From: Candidatus Odinarchaeota archaeon
Lineage (GTDB): Archaea; Asgardarchaeota; Odinarchaeia; Odinarchaeales; Odinarchaeaceae
Direction of reading: 5' to 3'
Assembly: GCA_038826135.1 (NCBI GenBank)
Contig: JAWBON010000031.1
Coordinates: forward strand, 1-11,656
DNA length: 11,656 nt
In this document: one piece after another, positions 7,164 through 11,656 of the stretch
How positions within the stretch are numbered: the first letter of the stretch is position 1
Layout: every line of letters starts with the position of its first letter
Program-made: the position numbers and the translations under genes
Notes under the pieces: generated by a model
Told to the model about the DNA's origin: nothing
The model's input: the letters and a program-made list of their open reading frames with translations, nothing else
Database searches by the model: none

Positions 7164-8276
7164 ATGTGTGGTATGCTCGTTGATGAGGAGTTAAAGAATA
7201 TAGATGAGCGTGTGCGCTCGTTGTTCAAGGTTGAAGTAGCGTTTAAAGAGAGTAGTTTTAAACCTCCATCATATATTATTAGAGTTGAATCTGGATTAAA
7301 ACAGTCTTTTAAAGAGTTCTGCGAGTTCTTAAAATATTACGGTCTTATGCCTAAACTCTTTAGCGGGGAAGCCGATTCCCTGCAAAGCGGGCGGGTATCT
7401 CTTAAGCTTTTACCGTTAAACCAAATGAAGATTCACCGTGTTTCAATTAATATAATTCTATTACTGGTAACTTTGATCACAATAGCTTCAACCGGCGTGT
7501 ATCTCTCTATAAGCGGGCCTTTTTTAGAGGTTTACCCTGAAAGCAGTGTTCCACTAGTAAGCTTCGGTTTCACGTTAAGTCTTATGGGAATTGTAGGGCT
7601 TCACGAGCTAGGCCACATGGTTTCTTTAAAAAACGCTCGCTCAGAGACCAGTCTACCTTATTTTATACCCGGGATTCCGATAATAGGTTTACCGACTTTC
7701 GGTGCTATAATTCTTCAGAGAACTCCTCCAGTTAACAGGGATACGCTTTTCGATATGGGTATTAGCGGGCCTTTGATGAGTTTTACAGTATCCCTTATAG
7801 TTATTATTATAGGTTCGCTTATGTCTAAGATTATAAGTCCATCTTACGCTGCTTATCTTCTTGAAAAATACCCCGGTCTTTCACCTTTACCCGTGCCATT
7901 GATTTTCATAATAGTTCAGGGAGTGCTTTTTTCATCACCTGAAGGTGTTGTTTTCATGCATCCTATAGCCTACGCTGGCTGGCTGGGTCTTATTATAACA
8001 GCTCTTAATCTTTTCCCTATAGGTCAACTTGACGGCGGGCACTCTGCTAGAGCTGTTTTAGGTGAGAAATGGAGCAAGTACGCCTCATATGCTATGATTA
8101 TAGTTCTTATAGTTTTAGGATACTGGCTTATGGCTTTGCTGGTTTTTCTGATAGGGGGTTTAAAGAATCAGGGTCCATTAGATGATGTTACACCTCTTAC
8201 AAGGGGGAGGAAAATACTCTGGGGGGTGTCAATGCTTTTATTAGTGTTATCTATAACACCTTTATTAGTATTTTAA
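7164..8276 (+). CDS. Site-2 protease, peptidase family M50 (membrane zinc metalloprotease, EGY/YydH-like subgroup)
   Basis: LHELGH (HExxH) in a hydrophobic segment, PYFIP, FDMGISGP and LNLFPIGQLDGGH (third ligand Asp), with several transmembrane stretches. ATG at 7164 or 7173. Confidence 0.93.
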   Translation: MCGMLVDEELKNIDERVRSLFKVEVAFKESSFKPPSYIIRVESGLKQSFKEFCEFLKYYGLMPKLFSGEADSLQSGRVSLKLLPLNQMKIHRVSINIILLLVTLITIASTGVYLSISGPFLEVYPESSVPLVSFGFTLSLMGIVGLHELGHMVSLKNARSETSLPYFIPGIPIIGLPTFGAIILQRTPPVNRDTLFDMGISGPLMSFTVSLIVIIIGSLMSKIISPSYAAYLLEKYPGLSPLPVPLIFIIVQGVLFSSPEGVVFMHPIAYAGWLGLIITALNLFPIGQLDGGHSARAVLGEKWSKYASYAMIIVLIVLGYWLMALLVFLIGGLKNQGPLDDVTPLTRGRKILWGVSMLLLVLSITPLLVF

Positions 8277-8288
8277 GTGGTGGTTTAG

Positions 8289-8984
8289 TTGAAGAACTGG
8301 CAAACTGATCTTATAGAGTTTTTATCAAGGTGCGGGGCCCTCCTATTCGGGGAGTTTAAGCTTAAAAGCGGTCGTTTATCCCCGTACTTCTTTAACATAG
8401 CTAAGACTATAAGTGACGGTCGCGGTCTCCTCAGGATCGGTGAGTTTTATATTAACGGTGTATTCGACATGGTTGGCGGTGTTAAATTTAATTTTATTCT
8501 AGGACCAGCTTATAAGGCTATACCGTTAGCAGCGGCCATGTCTCTTTTACTCTACGAGAAGCATAATATACTTGTGAGGTGGGGGTATGATAGGAAAGAG
8601 GAGAAATCTTATGGTGTTGCATCTGAGAAATGGTTTGTAGGCGAATTATGTAAAGGTGATAGGCTGCTTTTAGTGGATGATGTGGCTACAACAGGTAAAA
8701 CAAAAATCGACCTTATAAATCGAGTTAGAACAGCTTTTAAAGAGCATGATTTACGTTTTCAGGGTGTTCTTATCCTATTAGACCGTGAGGAGGTTGGCGA
8801 GGATGGCAGGTATAGCGGAGATGTTTTAAAAGATGAGGGTGTGAAACTCTACTCGCTGCTAAAGGTGAGTGAAGTATTCGAATACTTATATAACCGGGTG
8901 GTTGACGGCAGGGTACTTGTATCAGATAAGGAGTATCGTTTATTCCAAGAGTATAGGCGGATGTTCGGGGTTTCTACCCGTTAG
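8289..8984 (+). CDS. pyrE: Orotate phosphoribosyltransferase
   Basis: Motifs FGEFKLKSGRLSPYFFN, GPAYKAIPLA, DRKEEKSYG and the PRPP loop LLVDDVATTGKT. TTG start with a GGTGG SD 5 nt upstream, 12 nt after the M50 stop. Confidence 0.93.
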   Translation: MKNWQTDLIEFLSRCGALLFGEFKLKSGRLSPYFFNIAKTISDGRGLLRIGEFYINGVFDMVGGVKFNFILGPAYKAIPLAAAMSLLLYEKHNILVRWGYDRKEEKSYGVASEKWFVGELCKGDRLLLVDDVATTGKTKIDLINRVRTAFKEHDLRFQGVLILLDREEVGEDGRYSGDVLKDEGVKLYSLLKVSEVFEYLYNRVVDGRVLVSDKEYRLFQEYRRMFGVSTR

Positions 8985-9648
8985 AATCCTTACGTTCGTT
9001 TTCTTCGCCTCCAGCCACCCGCTCTGTTTCTTTAAACTCTTCCTCCGTCCAAAATATTTTCTCCCCCTCGGCCGCTTTAATTTTTTCACTTTCTCCCTCT
9101 TTATAATAATCGTATACTATGTAAACTATTAATATGATTACCACTGTGATAAGCAAATATTGAAGGTAGCCTGCTACAGGTCTTAGAATCACCAGTGGGA
9201 GGCCTATTCTAGGTATTGTAAACACAACTCTGCCGATCACGTTGGAGTAGGGGGTTGGTTCAGGATCCGGGTAGGGGTTTGTATCAGGGTTTACTCCTTG
9301 AGTCCAAAAATACCATTCACCGTCGACGAATTGTTTATCAACCACGCGGTGGACTACTGGTATGTCAGAGTTAGGGTCTGTGTCAGGTATCCATGTTGCA
9401 TGGAACACTATGTCTGTGCCTATTGTTATCTCCTCTGGTGTAGCGTATTTAACGAATAATATATCTCCCTCCCAGTATACAGGGTGCATGCTTTCAGATG
9501 TTACTACAACTATTGGGGTGCTGCTTCCAAGATAGGCTGATATGGAAAAATATCCCACTCCGATAGCGGTTATTAATATGGCTATGGCTGCTAATGGTTT
9601 AATAAGCGTTTTCACCAGTTTAGGCTTACTGTGTTTTTGACTGCTCAA
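8974..9648 (-). CDS. sec11: Signal peptidase I, archaeal/ER (Sec11/S26B) type
   Basis: N-terminal TM segment, VVVTSESMHP (catalytic Ser), GDILFV, PVVHRV (catalytic His), VIGRVVFTIPRIG and a second TM segment. TTG start with a GAGGG SD. Overlaps the pyrE 3' end by 11 nt. Confidence 0.9.
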   Translation of the reverse strand: MSSQKHSKPKLVKTLIKPLAAIAILITAIGVGYFSISAYLGSSTPIVVVTSESMHPVYWEGDILFVKYATPEEITIGTDIVFHATWIPDTDPNSDIPVVHRVVDKQFVDGEWYFWTQGVNPDTNPYPDPEPTPYSNVIGRVVFTIPRIGLPLVILRPVAGYLQYLLITVVIILIVYIVYDYYKEGESEKIKAAEGEKIFWTEEEFKETERVAGGEENERKDSNG

Positions 9649-9659
9649 AATCAGCCCTC

Positions 9660-9684
9660 ACTTCACTTGAATGAGGAGTGAAGT
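9660..9684. promoter_or_regulatory. 8-bp-stem inverted repeat between the longin-like gene and signal peptidase
   Basis: ACTTCACT (9660-9667) pairs with AGTGAAGT (9677-9684) around a 9-nt loop, directly next to the signal peptidase SD. Confidence 0.45.
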
Positions 9685-9691
9685 TTTCGCT

Positions 9692-10150
9692 TTACTTTCT
9701 CTCCTCTAATTCGTTTACAAGTATTTCTATGAATGGTGGGTAGCAGCATCCTTTTAATATTTCTTCATATGATTGGATGATTTTTCTCTGTTTATAGTAG
9801 ATTTCAAGGTTTTCTTTGAATCCTTGAAGGAATGGTTTTTTAATCAATCTTAATATGTGTTTGCTGACTTTGTCCGGGATATTGCTGTTTGTTAACATGC
9901 TGAAAATTATGTTTCCCTCGTTAGCGTACCATATTTTATGACAGTTAAATCTAAGCGTATTGATTCCTCTGTGTTTTATGCTTGTATGGTAATTATGTTT
10001 TAAAGCTTCTATTAGTTTCACGTCTACTGTGTTATTGTTGTATGAGGCTAGTATGGTGCCGGCTTTATCAAATATGTATATGGCTTCAACTGCATTTTTA
10101 ATATTGCAAATCTGGTTTTTTTCAGCTGTTTCTTCATACATTTCTATCAC
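9692..10150 (-). CDS. Hypothetical protein with a longin-like (sigma/mu-adaptin or SRX-like) secondary-structure pattern
   Basis: 152-aa ORF codirectional with its neighbours and filling the gap between them. The pattern VEAIYIFDKAGTILASY / helix / INTLRF-KIWY-NIIFSMLT / two amphipathic helices fits the longin b-b-a-b-b-b-a-a order. The start may be ATG 10141 (GTGA SD 5 nt upstream). The CDS is likely real; the fold call is less certain. Confidence 0.65.
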   Translation of the reverse strand: MIEMYEETAEKNQICNIKNAVEAIYIFDKAGTILASYNNNTVDVKLIEALKHNYHTSIKHRGINTLRFNCHKIWYANEGNIIFSMLTNSNIPDKVSKHILRLIKKPFLQGFKENLEIYYKQRKIIQSYEEILKGCCYPPFIEILVNELEERK

Positions 10151-10151
10151 A

Positions 10152-10174
10152 ATTTTGTAGTAATACTACATAAT
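10152..10174. promoter_or_regulatory. 11-1-11 near-perfect palindrome upstream of the longin-like gene
   Basis: ATTTTGTAGTA-A-TACTACATAAT has a perfect 7-1-7 core and one mismatch in the flank. A minus-strand TTTTATAG box lies at 10197-10190. Confidence 0.5.
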
Positions 10175-10206
10175 AATCATACACTATTACTATAAAAACT
10201 TTACCA

Positions 10207-11127
10207 CTAAACAGGTAAAGAGTAAACAGGCATATACCCTGTAGTCTCCGCCACCACCTGTCCTTGAGGTCCCAAACACCAATCAATATAAGCTGCTATA
10301 TAACCTCGAGGAATCCCATTAGTAACCATATACAAATATCTTGCAATAGGATATGTGAAATCCTTAATATTCTCGGGGTTCGGTTCAATAGGGATGCCTG
10401 AAACCGGGTCGTTAACTGGAATAACTTTAACACTACTAGTTTGAGCGTAAGCAGCCCCCACATAACCTATACCCCTAATATCTGCCGCTACAGCATATAT
10501 AATAGCTGAGTTACCAGCTAAAGGCTGGGCACTACTAGTGTAATCGTCATTTTCCATTACATACTCTTGAAAATAACTATATGTTCCAGAGGAAGGATCA
10601 CGAGAGTAAACTATTATATTACCTAAACCTGAAAGTGTGGAGTTTACTTGACCCCACTCTGTAATAGAACCGTTATAAATACCTCTTAAAATAGGGAGGC
10701 TAATATTACTGATGGGATTACTCGGATGGACTATTATAACTATACCATCTATGCAAACAGGTATAACATGTAAATCAACACCACGACTATTGGCTAAAGC
10801 ATATTCAGATGATTTAGGAAGTCTAGAAGCGCCCGCTATGTCCACAATGCCATTGATAAGCTGGCTTATCCCAACAGATGTGCCTGCTCCTCCTACAATA
10901 ATATTCACACCAGGATTATCTTGCATGTAATAGTATGCCCAAGTGGATTGGAGTTCAAATAATGTATTTGAACCTTCAATATTTATTTGAGCTGCGAAAC
11001 CTCCGCCTCCAGGACCAACATATGTTCCTAGAAAAAACCCGCCGAGGAAACCCCCTCCAAGAGCACAGAGAAATATAAAAATAAGCAGACGTCTGCTGAA
11101 ACCTACTTGGAATTCATCCATCTCCAT
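10207..11127 (-). CDS. pstS: Phosphate ABC transporter substrate-binding protein
   Basis: N-terminal hydrophobic anchor, then IEGSNTL, GGAGTSVGISQLINGIVDIAGASR, VCIDGIVIIVHPSNP, YSRDPSSGTYSYF, IGYVG and YPIARYLYM. AGGTGA SD 4 nt before the ATG. Confidence 0.93.
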   Translation of the reverse strand: MEMDEFQVGFSRRLLIFIFLCALGGGFLGGFFLGTYVGPGGGGFAAQINIEGSNTLFELQSTWAYYYMQDNPGVNIIVGGAGTSVGISQLINGIVDIAGASRLPKSSEYALANSRGVDLHVIPVCIDGIVIIVHPSNPISNISLPILRGIYNGSITEWGQVNSTLSGLGNIIVYSRDPSSGTYSYFQEYVMENDDYTSSAQPLAGNSAIIYAVAADIRGIGYVGAAYAQTSSVKVIPVNDPVSGIPIEPNPENIKDFTYPIARYLYMVTNGIPRGYIAAYIDWCLGPQGQVVAETTGYMPVYSLPV

Positions 11128-11165
11128 AAATTCACCTGCTTCTACGTGAATTAGATTTTAAAAAG

Positions 11166-11173
11166 CATATAAA
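11166..11173 (-). promoter_or_regulatory. Candidate TATA box for pstS
   Basis: Minus strand TTTATATG about 39 nt upstream of the pstS ATG. Confidence 0.45.
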
Positions 11174-11194
11174 ATTTACTGTACTCTCAATTAT

Positions 11195-11209
11195 TGAAAA
11201 TATTTTTCA
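11195..11209. promoter_or_regulatory. 6-3-6 palindrome centred between the divergent pstS and pstC promoters
   Basis: TGAAAA-TAT-TTTTCA, about 21-23 nt from each candidate TATA box. Confidence 0.4.
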
Positions 11210-11232
11210 CACAAATCATGTTTACATAAAAA

Positions 11233-11240
11233 TTAATATA
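11233..11240 (+). promoter_or_regulatory. Candidate TATA box for pstC
   Basis: TTAATATA preceded by an A-rich BRE-like CATAAAAA, about 48 nt upstream of ATG 11288. Confidence 0.45.
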
Positions 11241-11287
11241 CTGGTTTCCTTCTATTGCTTTTTGAAACATGCTTGGTGTGAATGTGA

Positions 11288-11656
11288 ATGGCGGGCTCAA
11301 CCCGTAGTATTAATAAAGAGAATGGATTAGTAAATTTGAAGCCTCCCAGCTCTAAGAGAAATTGGATAGAGTTTTTAATCGAGAAAGTACTGTTAGCCGC
11401 CGGCGGGCTCGCAGTTATTTTTGTAGTGTTAATATTTGTCTACATTATCTATGAGGCGATTCCCTTCTTCCTTCAGGTTAACCCTTTAGACTTCTTTTTA
11501 GGTTTGACTTGGAGGCCTGAGTCACCTAGTACGCCTCAATATGGATTGTTGCCTTCTCTTTGGGGTAGTTTTTTTGTAACCATTATGGCTTTAGCTATTG
11601 CTATACCTATTGGTGTTGTTAGTGCTATGTATATTTCACAGGTTGCGTGTAGACTT
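11288..11656 (+). CDS. pstC: Phosphate ABC transporter permease PstC, 3'-truncated (missing from the ORF track)
   Basis: Manual translation from ATG 11288: MAGSTRSINKENGLVNLKPPSSKRNWIEFLIEKVLLAAGGLAVIFVVLIFVYIIYEAIPFFLQVNPLDFFLGLTWRPESPSTPQYGLLPSLWGSFFVTIMALAIAIPIGVVSAMYISQVACRL. The F..G..W.P...YG.LP...GS....A..IA.PIG...A.Y pattern is PstC-like, and the gene is adjacent to pstS. Confidence 0.9.
   Translation, partial: MAGSTRSINKENGLVNLKPPSSKRNWIEFLIEKVLLAAGGLAVIFVVLIFVYIIYEAIPFFLQVNPLDFFLGLTWRPESPSTPQYGLLPSLWGSFFVTIMALAIAIPIGVVSAMYISQVACRL

Noticed and set aside
8869-9132. 87-aa ORF (+)
   Set aside because: Overlaps the pyrE end out of frame and the signal peptidase tail in antisense. The Phe-rich composition mirrors the Glu/Lys-rich tail opposite.
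10712-10930. 72-aa ORF (+)
   Set aside because: Antisense shadow within pstS.
11213-11220. AAATCATG, identical to one arm of the 7031-7048 palindrome, in the pst intergenic region
   Set aside because: A single AT-rich 8-mer with no partner half-site is plausible by chance in 11.6 kb.
1-11656. CRISPR array, tRNA/rRNA genes, IS elements, integrase
   Set aside because: No regularly spaced repeats, cloverleaf or rRNA-like segments, transposase or integrase motifs, or terminal inverted repeats were seen. The intergenic gaps are at most 240 bp.

Overview
AT-rich archaeal window, densely coding, with GGTGA/GAGG-type Shine-Dalgarno motifs and TATA-box-like promoters. A longin-like ORF and an Ard1/Naa10-type acetyltransferase suggest an Asgard archaeon (inference). 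Left to right: the 3' end of a YgjP/M48-type metallopeptidase (+); nitroreductase (-); an MNT-HEPN toxin-antitoxin-like pair (-); a tldD-pmbA(tldE) protease pair (-) divergent from a B12-binding radical SAM gene (+); an Ard1-like N-terminal acetyltransferase (-); an M50 site-2 protease and pyrE (+); a Sec11-type signal peptidase I, a longin-like hypothetical gene and pstS (-); and the 5' part of pstC (+), which the ORF track omits. I saw no tRNA, rRNA, CRISPR array or transposase. The most unusual locus is the acetyltransferase. It carries an ~80-aa winged-helix-like insertion, its conserved N-terminus continues upstream of the only in-frame ATG with no ATG/GTG/TTG available, and a perfect 18-bp palindrome overlies its predicted transcription start. 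Also notable are the longin-like gene beside signal peptidase, the divergent pstS/pstC layout with a centred palindrome, and a hairpin covering the radical SAM ribosome-binding site. All family calls come from motif recognition by eye; no searches were run.
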